Positions 24,385 to 34,810 of a stretch of DNA of 64,000 nt are shown here, one piece after another (the stretch's first letter is position 1; every line of letters begins with the position of its first letter). The position numbers and the translations under genes are program-made. The notes under the pieces are model-generated. The model was not told the DNA's origin. It saw only the letters and a program-made list of their open reading frames with translations, and ran no database searches. Origin of the DNA: Treponema sp. (GTDB lineage: Bacteria; Spirochaetota; Spirochaetia; Treponematales; Breznakiellaceae); assembly GCA_031278095.1 (NCBI GenBank), contig JAITLC010000148.1:12602-76601 (forward strand), given 5' to 3'.

Positions 24385-26636
24385 TGAAAAAGTTTTTTAT
24401 CTATTTGAGAACACGGCCGCTTGGAATGATTTCATTTGCGGCGCTGTTGCTGCTTTATTTCTTCATGATCTTTGCCGAGTTTTTTGCGCCCTACGCTCCG
24501 ACTTCTTCCTTTGCCGACAAAACATACCATCCGCCGAATCTGCGATTCTATCAGGGGCGGCTTCAGGCACAGGAATGGCGCGTGAGCAATTCGGTATCGT
24601 GGAAGTATGTGCGGATACGGGCAAGTTACGAAAAGGTCCGTCTTTTCGGAAAGGGCGAGCCTTACAAGTTGTTAGGGTTTGTTCCCATGGAGCGGCATTT
24701 CTTCACCACGGATAAGGGCGCATATCCTGTTTTCCTTATGGGAGCGGACAACCTGGGACGGGATGTTTTTTCCAGGATCATTTACGGTTCCCGAATCTCG
24801 CTGACAATCGGTTTTGTGGCAACCGCAATCTCTCTTGTTTTGGCGGTTCTCCTCGGCGGACTTGCAGGTTACTTCGGCGGATTTACCGACTGGTCGATCA
24901 TGCGGGCCTGCGAATTCTTCATGTTGATTCCCGGCCTCTATCTCATTCTCTTTCTCCGTTCGCTTTTATCCAGCAGTATGGATTCAGGCCAGGCCTACAT
25001 GATGATCACGGTTATTCTGTCGCTGGTCGGTTGGCCCGGTTCTGCAAGAACTTTCCGGGGTATGATACACGCCATCAAACGGGAAGAATTTGTCATGAAT
25101 TCACGCCTTGAAATGATTCCTTCAATGGTGATCATAAGCCGGGACATTATTCCGCAGATTGCGAGTCTATTAATTGTAAGTGTTGCGCTTTCCATTCCCG
25201 GCTTCATCATGACCGAGACAACCCTTTCCTATCTGGGGCTGGGCATCACCGATCCCGCGGTAAGCTGGGGTTCCATGATCAAGCGGGACATTTCTACTTT
25301 GAACAATCTGCGGAATTACTCATGGCTCTTAAATCCCGTCTGGTTTCTTCTGGGAGTAACTCTTGCCTTCAACTTCCTTGGGGACTGTCTCCGCGATTTT
25401 TTTGATCCTTACCATACGCACAGCTTTGGATTGCGGTTCTGGATTCCTGATTTTCTCAAAGAAAGAAAGATCAAAAAACCGGGCTTGTTTCAAAACTCAG
25501 GTTCTTTCGGAACCAGGATCAAATCCAAGGCTGCCGTTTCAGAATTTGACATTTTGGAACGGCTTCAATTAAATTCTGAAAATAAAAGTGAGGTTCCCGG
25601 ACTTTCGTTGTCCGGAGAGGATCCTCACCCTGCGGGTTCGGCGGAGGGTTCCGGATCGCCTGTATTGCTGGAAGTAAGGGATCTTGCCGTAAGCTTCGGC
25701 ATATTGCAGGGTAGATCCGCCGTTATGGTACATGCCGTGCGCGGGCTTTCATTCCTGTTGAAGCGGGGAGAGATTCTGGGCATTGTAGGTGAATCCGGTT
25801 CCGGAAAGAGTGTAAGCACCCAGGCCATACCCGGTCTCCTGCCTGTAAATACGGAAATCTCAGGCTCAATCTGCTTTGAAAATTTTGAACTGCTCGGAAA
25901 GGATGTTGAAACCCTGAGGCAATACCGGGGAAAGAAGATTGGTGTGATCTATCAGGAGCCGGGGCGTTCCTACGATCCTCTGCAGAATATAGGGAATGTG
26001 TTTCTGGAAACGTTCAGGAACAAGGAGCCTGCAATTGAAAGAGAAGCCGCTCTGGAAAAGGCCGCCGCCCTGCTTGCGGAAGTCGGGCTCAATGACGGCA
26101 GGGAGAGACTGGGGAATTTTCCACATCAGTTTTCCGGCGGACAGCTTCAGCGTATCGGCATTGCATTGTCCCTTGCACAGGGCTGCGAACTCTTAATCGC
26201 CGATGAACCTACCACCGCTCTGGATGTAACCATACAGAAGCAGATCGTCACCCTGCTCAGAACCCTGCGGGAAGAACGGGGGATCTCTATCATCTTTATC
26301 AGCCATGACATAGATCTTGTTGCGGAAATTTCAGACCGTATCATGGTGATGTACGGCGGTCTTGAGATGGAAGCAGGGGATGCGGAAGAGATACGCTCTG
26401 CGCCGCGGCATCCCTATACCTGCTCTCTCCTTGCGGCCTCTCCGCGTTTCGGAAGCCACTATTCAAAGGAGCGCCTGAAAACAATCCCCGGCAAGGTAGC
26501 AGATCCGGTAAGGCCGGAACCCGGCTGCCCCTTTGCACCCCGCTGCGGTGAAGCGCAGCCTGAATGCAGTAACGGCATTCCTCAATTGCGGAATGTTGAT
26601 TCCCGTGAAATCCGCTGCATTGGTATGAGGCTTTGA
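24381..26636 (+). CDS. Fused peptide ABC transporter permease (OppC-like) and ATP-binding domain (OppD-like)
   Basis: A single uninterrupted 751-aa frame. Residues 1-340 form an OppC/YejE-like permease (GADNLGRDVFSRIIYG). A roughly 90-aa linker follows. The rest is an ABC ATPase with GESGSGKS, LSGGQLQRIGIALSL and LIADEPTTALD, plus an oligopeptide-type C-terminal extension. Confidence 0.8.
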   Translation: MMKKFFIYLRTRPLGMISFAALLLLYFFMIFAEFFAPYAPTSSFADKTYHPPNLRFYQGRLQAQEWRVSNSVSWKYVRIRASYEKVRLFGKGEPYKLLGFVPMERHFFTTDKGAYPVFLMGADNLGRDVFSRIIYGSRISLTIGFVATAISLVLAVLLGGLAGYFGGFTDWSIMRACEFFMLIPGLYLILFLRSLLSSSMDSGQAYMMITVILSLVGWPGSARTFRGMIHAIKREEFVMNSRLEMIPSMVIISRDIIPQIASLLIVSVALSIPGFIMTETTLSYLGLGITDPAVSWGSMIKRDISTLNNLRNYSWLLNPVWFLLGVTLAFNFLGDCLRDFFDPYHTHSFGLRFWIPDFLKERKIKKPGLFQNSGSFGTRIKSKAAVSEFDILERLQLNSENKSEVPGLSLSGEDPHPAGSAEGSGSPVLLEVRDLAVSFGILQGRSAVMVHAVRGLSFLLKRGEILGIVGESGSGKSVSTQAIPGLLPVNTEISGSICFENFELLGKDVETLRQYRGKKIGVIYQEPGRSYDPLQNIGNVFLETFRNKEPAIEREAALEKAAALLAEVGLNDGRERLGNFPHQFSGGQLQRIGIALSLAQGCELLIADEPTTALDVTIQKQIVTLLRTLREERGISIIFISHDIDLVAEISDRIMVMYGGLEMEAGDAEEIRSAPRHPYTCSLLAASPRFGSHYSKERLKTIPGKVADPVRPEPGCPFAPRCGEAQPECSNGIPQLRNVDSREIRCIGMRL

Positions 26637-26637
26637 T

Positions 26638-27645
26638 ATGCCGGCCTTAAAAAATCAATCGGACGGAAAACGAATTTTCCTTCCAATACTTACTGTTTCC
26701 GGTTTACAGAAACGTTTCAATCTTGAAGCCGGTTTCTTTGCCCGCTTTGGAACTTTTGTCTATGCGGTCAATGACATCTCCTTTACGATACACGAAAATG
26801 AAAGTTACGGCCTTGTCGGTGAGTCGGGCTGCGGCAAAACAACTACAGCGCGGCTTCTGGTACGTATGTACGAAGCGGATTCAGGCGGCATTATGTACCG
26901 GGACAGTACCGATGTGCTGCAACTGAAAGGCAGGGAGCTCCGCTCTTACCGGGGAAAGGTAAAGTATGTGTTCCAGGATCCTGCCCGTTCCCTGAATCCC
27001 AGGAAAAACATTTATGAGATACTCACCGCGGGAAGCCGCTGGTCGCTTTCATGGCCGGGAAAGAGAGAGGCCCGCGAGGAAGCCGCGGCCATGCTTGACG
27101 AGGTTGGACTTTCAAAAAATGATCTTGAAAGAAGGCCTTCCGAATTTTCAGGCGGGCAGCGTCAGAGAATTTCCATAGCCCGGGGACTCATGATGAAACC
27201 GGAACTCTTGATATGCGATGAAGTTGTTTCCGCCCTTGATGTTTCGATACAGGGCCAGATACTTAACCTGCTCCTTGATATACGCCAAAAACATTCACTC
27301 TCCTTTTTATTCATCGCCCATGATCTCAAGGTGGCATGCTATTTCTGCGATCGTATCGGTGTCATGTACCGGGGAGAGTTTATGGAAGAAGCGGAAGCAA
27401 AAAACCTCTACAAATCCGCCCTGCATCCCTATACAAGGCTGCTCTTCTCCTCGGTTACCGGCAATAGCGTTTCACAAAATCTTCCGGAGAGGTATGCACA
27501 TGACGCGGCAATACATTCATCCGCGGCAGGAGCAGGCTGTGCTTTTGCGTCCCGCTGTCCTATTGCGGAAGAAAGATGCTTCCGTGAACATCCGGAAATA
27601 AGAGAAATTGGAAATGGACACCGTATCCGATGTTTAATGATCTGA
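26638..27645 (+). CDS. Peptide ABC transporter ATP-binding protein (OppF-like)
   Basis: Walker A is GESGCGKTT, the signature is FSGGQRQRISIARGL and Walker B is LICDEVVSALD. There is a Cys-containing C-terminal extension. Confidence 0.85.
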   Translation: MPALKNQSDGKRIFLPILTVSGLQKRFNLEAGFFARFGTFVYAVNDISFTIHENESYGLVGESGCGKTTTARLLVRMYEADSGGIMYRDSTDVLQLKGRELRSYRGKVKYVFQDPARSLNPRKNIYEILTAGSRWSLSWPGKREAREEAAAMLDEVGLSKNDLERRPSEFSGGQRQRISIARGLMMKPELLICDEVVSALDVSIQGQILNLLLDIRQKHSLSFLFIAHDLKVACYFCDRIGVMYRGEFMEEAEAKNLYKSALHPYTRLLFSSVTGNSVSQNLPERYAHDAAIHSSAAGAGCAFASRCPIAEERCFREHPEIREIGNGHRIRCLMI

Positions 27646-30600
27646 TCGATACATGGTTCAAAGAAACATACGGCGACCCTACTGCCGTACAGGCTGAGGC
27701 ATGGCCGCTCATTGAAAAGGGAGAAAATGTACTTGCACTGGCTCCTACCGGCAGCGGTAAAACTCTCACCGCATTTCTCGGCGTCCTCTCCCGTTTCTGT
27801 AACGGAGATTACGATCCTGAGGAGTTGACAGTCCTCTATGTGTCTCCGCTCAAGGCCTTGAATGAAGACATCAAACGGAATCTTCTTGAACCTCTGGAGG
27901 CTCTCTGTAAACGCTTTACGGATAGGGGCATTGAGTTTCCTCCCATACGGGTTGAAACAAGATCCGGAGACACTCCGCAATCTGAACGCCGCCGGTTTAT
28001 AAAAAGTCCCCCTTCCATTCTGGCTCTTACCCCGGAGAGTCTTGCAATTCTTTTGAACAACGGCAAGGGGAGAATCATCCTCTCCACCGTAAAGCTTGTT
28101 ATCATTGACGAGATTCATGCGGTTCTGGGCAGTAAACGGGGAAGCTTTCTTTCATGCCAGATAGACCGGCTCTCCCTCATTGCGGGCAACTTTCAGCGCA
28201 TCAGTCTTTCCGCTACGGTGAGGCCTCCTGAAGCCGCTGCGGAATTTTCAGGCAGCGGCAAATACAGGGTGCACATTGTCTCTCCCCCTGCGAATAAAAA
28301 AATCGATTTCCGGGTAGAGTTTCCCGAAACGGGTTTCAATCAAGGTTTCAATACGAAGGCCGAAGAAAAATATGATAGCCGTTACAGGGCCGCTGCGGAT
28401 TATATCCTTGAGCGTCTCGATCTTCAAAAACAAATTTCTGTGCAGGGGGAAGGAAAAGGCCGCACTTCACTCCTGGTATTTACCGATTCGCGAAGACAGG
28501 CGGAACGTCTCTGTCTTTTCATAAACCGGGAAGCGGAAAGCTTTTTTGAAAAGAAAAATTTGCCGGCAAGACAGATTGCCTATACCCACCATGGATCACT
28601 TTCAAAAGAGATCCGCCGCGCCGTGGAACACGGTTTTGCCGCCGGAGAGATCCCCTGTGTTGTTGCCACCGCATCTCTGGAACTGGGAATCGATATTGGT
28701 ACCGTGGAAGAAGTGATCCTTGCAGGTACTCCCCGCTCGGTCTCTTCATGCATGCAGAGGATAGGACGCTCGGGACACGGGGTGGGCAGGGTAAGCCGCG
28801 GCAGGCTTATCCCTTTACATACAATAGATCTACTTAATGCCGCCACACTTGAAAGAGCCTTTGAGGAAACAAATATTGAGGAAACCTACCCTCTAAAGAA
28901 TCCTCTGGATGTACTGTCACAGCTCATACTGTCTCTCTGCGCGGAACATGATAGAAATGTTGATGAACTCTTTAAAAGTATAAAAAATTTCTATGTGTTT
29001 AATACGCTCACGCGAAGCAGCTATGATAGGGTGATCAAAATGCTCTCCGGCGGATACCGGATCCGGGATTTCAAAGCAAGGCTTTACTTCGACAAAAAAA
29101 GCGGGGAGTTACGGGCGGCGCCCGGCACGCTCCAACTCCTCTACCAGTCGGGAGGTGTCATTGCCAGCCGCGGACTTTATGCCCTGCGTCTGGCAGGAAG
29201 AGAAGGCGGAAAGCCGGGAACAAAAATCGGCGAGCTGGATGAAGAATTTGTCTGGGAAAAAAGACTCGGTGATACATTCGATTTTGGCGGAAGATCCTGG
29301 CGCATACACACAATTTCAAGTGAAGCGGTTGAGGTACTGCCCTGTGAAAAGATTTCGGGCTTTACTCCCTTCTGGCGGGCCGACGCCATGTTCAGTTCTT
29401 CCATGATTACAAAATACAAACTGCAGCTTCTCGATTATCTTACCGCAGGCAATACCCTGCCCGAAGAGCCTTATGGAAAACTCAATCTGTTGCTTGCGGA
29501 ACAGAGAAACATTCAGGGAGGTCTTGGCGGAAGCGATTCGATTGCGGTTGAGGTTATTGACGATCCCCTGGAACGTAAAGATGCGCTGAGGATCGTCATT
29601 CACAGTTTCAGGGGCGGAAGAATTAACTATCCATTGTCGCTTGCCCTGGTTGAGGATCTGGAAGAAAAACTTGCGCGGCGGTGCGAAAGTTTCTGTGACG
29701 ATAACGGTATACTCCTTCTCATCCCCCGGCAGGAAAATAGTCCGGCCGGAATAGAAACTCTTGTCCGCGACAGTATCATGTCAATGGATCATCTCGAACA
29801 GAACTTAATGCGTGGTGAAAGACTCTTCAGAAAGAGGCTTGAGTCTTCAGGCGTTTTCGGCGCCGCATTCCGGGAGGCTGCGGAACGGAGTCTGCTTCTG
29901 CCGCGTTCCGGTTTCGGAAGGCGTACTCCGCTCTGGGTTATGAGGCAGCGTTCAAAACGCCTTTTCGATGAGGCCTGCGGTATCAAGGATTTCCCCCTTA
30001 CCGCCGAGGCATGGCGGACCTGTCTGCAGGACAACTTTGACATGGAAGGCTTCAGGGATCTTATCACTTCACTTTGCAGTGGAAACACCGGCATTTCCTT
30101 TTTTAAATCCGGACGGCCCAGCCCCTTTGCCCGTTCCCTTGCCTGGCAGGAAACTGGCACACTTATCTATGAGTATGATGACAGGCCGGAACTACACAGC
30201 GCCGCAAAGGGCAGCGGTTCAGGGAAAGGCGGACTTTCGCCTTCCCTTTCGGACAGGGTAATTGATGAAGCTCTGGGAGACGCTTCCCTAAGGCCTATGC
30301 TCCCCGAAGCTGTAGTTGAAAATTTTATCTCCCGTCTCCGCAGGGAAAGGGAAGGGTGGACGCCTGAAGACGAAACATCTCTTGCGGAATGGATCAAGGA
30401 AAGGGTTATCATTCCCTGTGACGAATGGGAAAAGCTCTGCGGTTTTCTTCCCCGGCAATTAAAGGAAACTCTGGATAGAGATCCTTCACTGGGCGGAAAG
30501 ATTGTAACCGTAAAACGAAATGATTTAGCCGTTCCCTGCGTGATCCACCGGGAACTGCGCGGTGAATGGGAACACGATCCCCTGCCGCTGGTAACATCGG

Positions 30601-32099
30601 TTCTGCGTTATGAGGGTCCTCTTTCTCTTTCAAGGATTGCATCCCTCTTTGGTATCAGCTCTGCCGAAGCGCTGGATACAATCGAAAGCCTTGCGGAAGA
30701 AGAGAACCTCTTTGTTATGAATGTTTCGGTAAACTCAGGGGGACCGGTAGAGGAGGATCTTGTCTGCGACAGGGAGAATCTCGAACTTCTCATGAGGCTT
30801 TCACGAAAGAAAAACAGGGCTCAGGTTAAGGAAAACCCTCCTTCCGTACTGGCTCCCCTGTTCGCCATGCGGCAGGGTCTCTTGTGTCAGAATGGAAACA
30901 TCCCTACAGTGGAAAGCCTCTATGGATATACGGCTCCGGCGCGGCTGTGGGAGACGGAGTTCCTTGTATGCAGATCAAATTACCGGCCTGAAATTCTTGA
31001 ACAGGAGATCAGGGAAGGCCGCCTGATCTGGTACGGCGCAGGGAAAGAGAAGATTGCCTTCTGCACTCCCGGGAACTTTGAGCTTTTCTTCGCACACAAT
31101 TCCGCCCCGGTAACAGACACGAAGGTATTTGAAAACGCCGCCGAATTTTTCCAGAGGCCCCGTGATTTTTGGGAAATAAAAAATGCTTCCGGTTTGAGCC
31201 TTGCCGAATGCGTTGAATTTATCTGGAAAGAAGTCTGGAACGGCAGACTCAGTTCCGGTACATGGGAAGCTCTGCGGAAAGGTATCGGGCAGGGCTTCCG
31301 GGTAGAATGTTCAGGAGAGATCCCGGCTATGCCGAAAGGTTTCACCAATCCGGCCTTTGGCCGTGCGGGGAGAGAGAGACGCATCCCCGCGGCACTTCGT
31401 CAGCGATGGCAGAACGGCTCTCCCCTTCCGGGAACATGGTTTTCGCTGGACATGGACAGCTTTGAAGAAGATCCCGATCCGGCTTACGAGGATCAGCTAA
31501 GCCGGGAGAGGGTACGGCTGCTGTTGAAGCGTTATGGAATTCTTGCGCGCCCGCTGCTTGAGTATGAATCTCCCCTGCTCTCCTGGGGCGGTCTTCTCCC
31601 TGCAATCCGCCGCATGGAACTGGCAGGAGAAATAATCTCGGGACGCTTTGTATCCGGCATTGATTCTTTGCAGTTTGCCCTTCCTTCAATCATCAGGGAG
31701 CTTGATGAGGCGCAAGATGTTTCACGCGGGGACATCTATTGGATGAACGCCGCGGATCCAGCAAGCCCCGCAGGACTCAAAATAAATTTTGATGATCCCG
31801 TTTACCGTGAAAGCCTTCCATCCCGGCTTCCGGGTTCAAGACTCTGTTTTCGTGGAAACAAAATTGCCGCCGTTTCCAAACGGAACGGAAAAGAACTTGA
31901 AATTTTTACCGGCCCTGATGATCCTGATATTATCAAGATTCTTGAATTTATAAAGATGCCGCACACCCGCAGTATTCACCCTGAAAAAAAGATCCTGATA
32001 GAAACCATCGGCGGGCAAAGTGCGGCCTTGAGCCCTTATGCCGCGGTACTGAAATCAATGAACTTTTTACAGGACAGGGGGAAACTTATTCTCTGGTAG
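27630..32099 (+). CDS. lhr: Large ATP-dependent helicase Lhr (full length, 1489 aa)
   Basis: Lhr-type N-terminus (DTWFKETYGDPTAVQAEAWPLI). Motif I is APTGSGKT, followed by TPESLAILL, motif II DEIH, SAT and QRIGRSGH. The long C-terminal extension matches the size of enterobacterial Lhr (about 1500 aa). The ATG overlaps the oppF-like 3' end by 16 nt. Confidence 0.85.
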   Translation: MFNDLIDTWFKETYGDPTAVQAEAWPLIEKGENVLALAPTGSGKTLTAFLGVLSRFCNGDYDPEELTVLYVSPLKALNEDIKRNLLEPLEALCKRFTDRGIEFPPIRVETRSGDTPQSERRRFIKSPPSILALTPESLAILLNNGKGRIILSTVKLVIIDEIHAVLGSKRGSFLSCQIDRLSLIAGNFQRISLSATVRPPEAAAEFSGSGKYRVHIVSPPANKKIDFRVEFPETGFNQGFNTKAEEKYDSRYRAAADYILERLDLQKQISVQGEGKGRTSLLVFTDSRRQAERLCLFINREAESFFEKKNLPARQIAYTHHGSLSKEIRRAVEHGFAAGEIPCVVATASLELGIDIGTVEEVILAGTPRSVSSCMQRIGRSGHGVGRVSRGRLIPLHTIDLLNAATLERAFEETNIEETYPLKNPLDVLSQLILSLCAEHDRNVDELFKSIKNFYVFNTLTRSSYDRVIKMLSGGYRIRDFKARLYFDKKSGELRAAPGTLQLLYQSGGVIASRGLYALRLAGREGGKPGTKIGELDEEFVWEKRLGDTFDFGGRSWRIHTISSEAVEVLPCEKISGFTPFWRADAMFSSSMITKYKLQLLDYLTAGNTLPEEPYGKLNLLLAEQRNIQGGLGGSDSIAVEVIDDPLERKDALRIVIHSFRGGRINYPLSLALVEDLEEKLARRCESFCDDNGILLLIPRQENSPAGIETLVRDSIMSMDHLEQNLMRGERLFRKRLESSGVFGAAFREAAERSLLLPRSGFGRRTPLWVMRQRSKRLFDEACGIKDFPLTAEAWRTCLQDNFDMEGFRDLITSLCSGNTGISFFKSGRPSPFARSLAWQETGTLIYEYDDRPELHSAAKGSGSGKGGLSPSLSDRVIDEALGDASLRPMLPEAVVENFISRLRREREGWTPEDETSLAEWIKERVIIPCDEWEKLCGFLPRQLKETLDRDPSLGGKIVTVKRNDLAVPCVIHRELRGEWEHDPLPLVTSVLRYEGPLSLSRIASLFGISSAEALDTIESLAEEENLFVMNVSVNSGGPVEEDLVCDRENLELLMRLSRKKNRAQVKENPPSVLAPLFAMRQGLLCQNGNIPTVESLYGYTAPARLWETEFLVCRSNYRPEILEQEIREGRLIWYGAGKEKIAFCTPGNFELFFAHNSAPVTDTKVFENAAEFFQRPRDFWEIKNASGLSLAECVEFIWKEVWNGRLSSGTWEALRKGIGQGFRVECSGEIPAMPKGFTNPAFGRAGRERRIPAALRQRWQNGSPLPGTWFSLDMDSFEEDPDPAYEDQLSRERVRLLLKRYGILARPLLEYESPLLSWGGLLPAIRRMELAGEIISGRFVSGIDSLQFALPSIIRELDEAQDVSRGDIYWMNAADPASPAGLKINFDDPVYRESLPSRLPGSRLCFRGNKIAAVSKRNGKELEIFTGPDDPDIIKILEFIKMPHTRSIHPEKKILIETIGGQSAALSPYAAVLKSMNFLQDRGKLILW

Positions 32100-33114
32100 G
32101 CGGGACCGTTCCAAAATCCGGTGATCCGGCAGGATGAAGAACCTCGGGTATGAACCCCACCTGCGAATCACGTGCGGCTCTTAACAACATTATTACGGGT
32201 AAACAGAATTCCTTAAGCAGTTTTACCGCTTCAGCCTGTTGATAGGCGGCATAACCCTGTACACCCAGGAGTACGGTTTTTTCCCCGGGGAAAACGCGAT
32301 AACGTTTTGGCGGCAGGCCGGTCATTTCTTTGAATACCCGGTAAAATGACGATTCGCTTTCAAAACCGCTTTCTTCCGCAATCCAGGGAATACTCAGATC
32401 GGAATGAACCAAAAGATTTTTTGCATATTCCACCTGATAAAATTTTTGATTTTTTTTTACCGAATCTGCCCCGGACATCTTTAATATTCTGAAGACTTTT
32501 GCCCTGCTCATTGCTACTTCGGAACATAACCGGTCAATGGTCAATTCTTCTTTAAAGTGCTCTCTTATATACTGTTGTATTTTGTCAAAATCTTCAAGAT
32601 GTTTGCCGGCAGTATTGGTTTTATCCGGCTTTGAGACCGTATAATGGGTGTCGCTAAAAAGCAGACCGATGAATCCGTAAAACCAGCTTTTAACAGTGAA
32701 CTGATACCCATCCGGTTTTTCGTGAAGAAGAAGGCCGATTTGTACCAGTACGTTTCTGAACAATGAGGCTTTTTCGGGAGGAATCTGCTTTTCACCAACG
32801 GTTTTCAGATTGAAACAGAAGCGCGATTCATAAACATCAAGAAGCAAGGCCGGGCTCCACTGCATAAACAGGCAGAGATTACCAGTCTCCGACGGAATGA
32901 TGGAATGAATTTCCTGGCTGTTGATCAGGAGCATGTCGCCTTTGCCCAGATCAAAACTTCCTGCCTCGCAATTAATAATTACAGAACCTTTCAGCACAAA
33001 AAAGACCTCATATTCATAATGCCAGTGAGGGCTTGAATTCTCGATAGAGACAATTTTGAACATGATAGGCGCTTCTTTTATATTTTCAACATGCTCAAGC
33101 TCCGACTTTTCCAT
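32086..33114 (-). CDS. AraC-family transcriptional regulator (cupin sensor plus HTH)
   Basis: N-terminal cupin-like region (HWHYEYEVFFVLKG) and a C-terminal AraC HTH (AKNLLVHSDLSIPWIAEESGFESESSFYRVFKEMTGLPPKRYR). The ATG at 33114 is preceded by AGGGGGGG. The 3' end overlaps lhr convergently by 14 nt. Confidence 0.8.
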   Translation of the reverse strand: MEKSELEHVENIKEAPIMFKIVSIENSSPHWHYEYEVFFVLKGSVIINCEAGSFDLGKGDMLLINSQEIHSIIPSETGNLCLFMQWSPALLLDVYESRFCFNLKTVGEKQIPPEKASLFRNVLVQIGLLLHEKPDGYQFTVKSWFYGFIGLLFSDTHYTVSKPDKTNTAGKHLEDFDKIQQYIREHFKEELTIDRLCSEVAMSRAKVFRILKMSGADSVKKNQKFYQVEYAKNLLVHSDLSIPWIAEESGFESESSFYRVFKEMTGLPPKRYRVFPGEKTVLLGVQGYAAYQQAEAVKLLKEFCLPVIMLLRAARDSQVGFIPEVLHPAGSPDFGTVPPTRE

Positions 33115-33268
33115 AAACCCCCCTAATTTGAGAGAGAGAATGAGATTTTTTGAGAACATAGCTGGAAAATATATATTACTATGGTACATAAGCTTTGGAC
33201 AATACAGGTATAATCATTTTGCATAAACTTCCGGCCATGCCGGCGGATAATTTTATAAGGAGAATACA

Positions 33269-34795
33269 ATGAAAAAGACAGTCTTATTTTGCGCGGTTGC
33301 CATGCTTGTCTTTGTGATTTTGATAGGGTGCGGCAAAAAAGAAAATGCCTCACCACAGGGCGCGGAAACTGAATCGCCTTCCTCCGCTTACCCCAAAATC
33401 AACAATGGCCAGCCGATCACCCTGCGCATCGCCATGCAGCCAAATTACCTTCCTACGCTGAATAAGGTTCCGACGCCTGAAAGCCCGGAAGTTGTTCTTG
33501 CCGCCGATCAGATTGCGGATGAATTCAGGAAGATCCATCCCAATGTAACTATCGAGTACGATCGTTCCATGCCCCCCACAAACGCCACGGAAGCGGCGGA
33601 ATGGTTTACCACCCAGATAGCCGGCGGGACCTGTCCGGCGATAGCCTTTACCTGGAACTGGTACACCCCCCGGGGTTGGTATGCCGATTTAACCGACGTC
33701 ATGGAAACTCCCAACGAATATGTTCCTGGGAACAAACGCTGGCGGGATCAGTTTCCGGAATACCTCTGGAACAAGAGCAACAACACTAACTTAAATAATC
33801 GCGTCCAGGCGGTTCCCATTTGGCTTGCCCCGGGCCCCCTTACCGCCTATTTTTACAATGTGGATCTTTTCAAAAAGTTCAACCTTGCTCCGCCAAAAAC
33901 CTGGGAAGACCTGCGCCATGTAAGCAAGACCCTAAGGGATAACGGCTATACCGCCCTGCTTCCCTTCCATGGAAATCAGGTTATTTCCACAGACCTGTGG
34001 CCTATTTATTTCAGCATCGGCCCCTGTTACAGCGCCAATCTTATGGATCCACTGGATTATGATAAGAACGGGATAATTGCCCCGGTAGAGGAACTCCGGG
34101 GCGTTAAGGCAAATGTACACAATCCGGTTATCCATGAATATGCCAGGGAAGTTCTCTATCTCGTAAAGGAAATGCTTACCGAAATGTACCCAAAAGGCTT
34201 TGAACATATCAATCTTGACGATGAATGGAACAGCGGGAATACGGGTATGAAGCAGGACGGTTCATGGGCGTTCCAGACCGAGGCGAGCAACACAAAGCGG
34301 TCTTTTGAATTCGGCCTTACCCCGGCGCCTGTTGTCACGGCTGAAACCTCAAAATACGTGGCGAAAATTGAATTTACAAAGGCCGGCCCCTATCAGCCCG
34401 ACAGCGAAGCCCTTAACGTGATGCTGCCGGCGGTTGAAGAGAATCAGGCGATGTTTGATGCGGCAGTCGCCTATCTTAAATTTCTAACCAACCCGGAAAT
34501 CATGAGCCAGATGATACTCGAAAAAGCCACCCATATCGGTTCGGTATATGACTGCGCCATTCCTCCCCTCCTTGAAGACTGGATGAACCGCCCGTTCCCG
34601 ATCATGCCGAATGTCGGCAATTGGCCGAGAGGCTGGACCACCGAAGGAAACGAAGCGCTGGGCCGGGAACTGGAACTGTGGATCAAAGACAATACACCTG
34701 ATGATGTGTTCTTTGCCAGGTGGAACCGCTTACAGCAGGAAGACGCAGACAGGGCGATTAGGGTTCAGAATGTCGATACTTCAGGCTGGAAATAA
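33269..34795 (+). CDS. Sugar ABC transporter substrate-binding lipoprotein (family 1)
   Basis: 508 aa with AAGGAG before the ATG and a lipobox (VILIGCG). It sits upstream of MalF/MalG-type permeases. Confidence 0.75.
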   Translation: MKKTVLFCAVAMLVFVILIGCGKKENASPQGAETESPSSAYPKINNGQPITLRIAMQPNYLPTLNKVPTPESPEVVLAADQIADEFRKIHPNVTIEYDRSMPPTNATEAAEWFTTQIAGGTCPAIAFTWNWYTPRGWYADLTDVMETPNEYVPGNKRWRDQFPEYLWNKSNNTNLNNRVQAVPIWLAPGPLTAYFYNVDLFKKFNLAPPKTWEDLRHVSKTLRDNGYTALLPFHGNQVISTDLWPIYFSIGPCYSANLMDPLDYDKNGIIAPVEELRGVKANVHNPVIHEYAREVLYLVKEMLTEMYPKGFEHINLDDEWNSGNTGMKQDGSWAFQTEASNTKRSFEFGLTPAPVVTAETSKYVAKIEFTKAGPYQPDSEALNVMLPAVEENQAMFDAAVAYLKFLTNPEIMSQMILEKATHIGSVYDCAIPPLLEDWMNRPFPIMPNVGNWPRGWTTEGNEALGRELELWIKDNTPDDVFFARWNRLQQEDADRAIRVQNVDTSGWK

Positions 34796-34810
34796 AAGAG
34801 TCCTGCCACA

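Noticed and set aside
33209-33214. A perfect TATAAT in the AraC/SBP divergent spacer as a promoter call. A similar one occurs at 20188-20193.
   Set aside because: There is no acceptable -35 hexamer at 16-18-nt spacing and no TG extension. It is too weak to annotate as a feature without transcript data.
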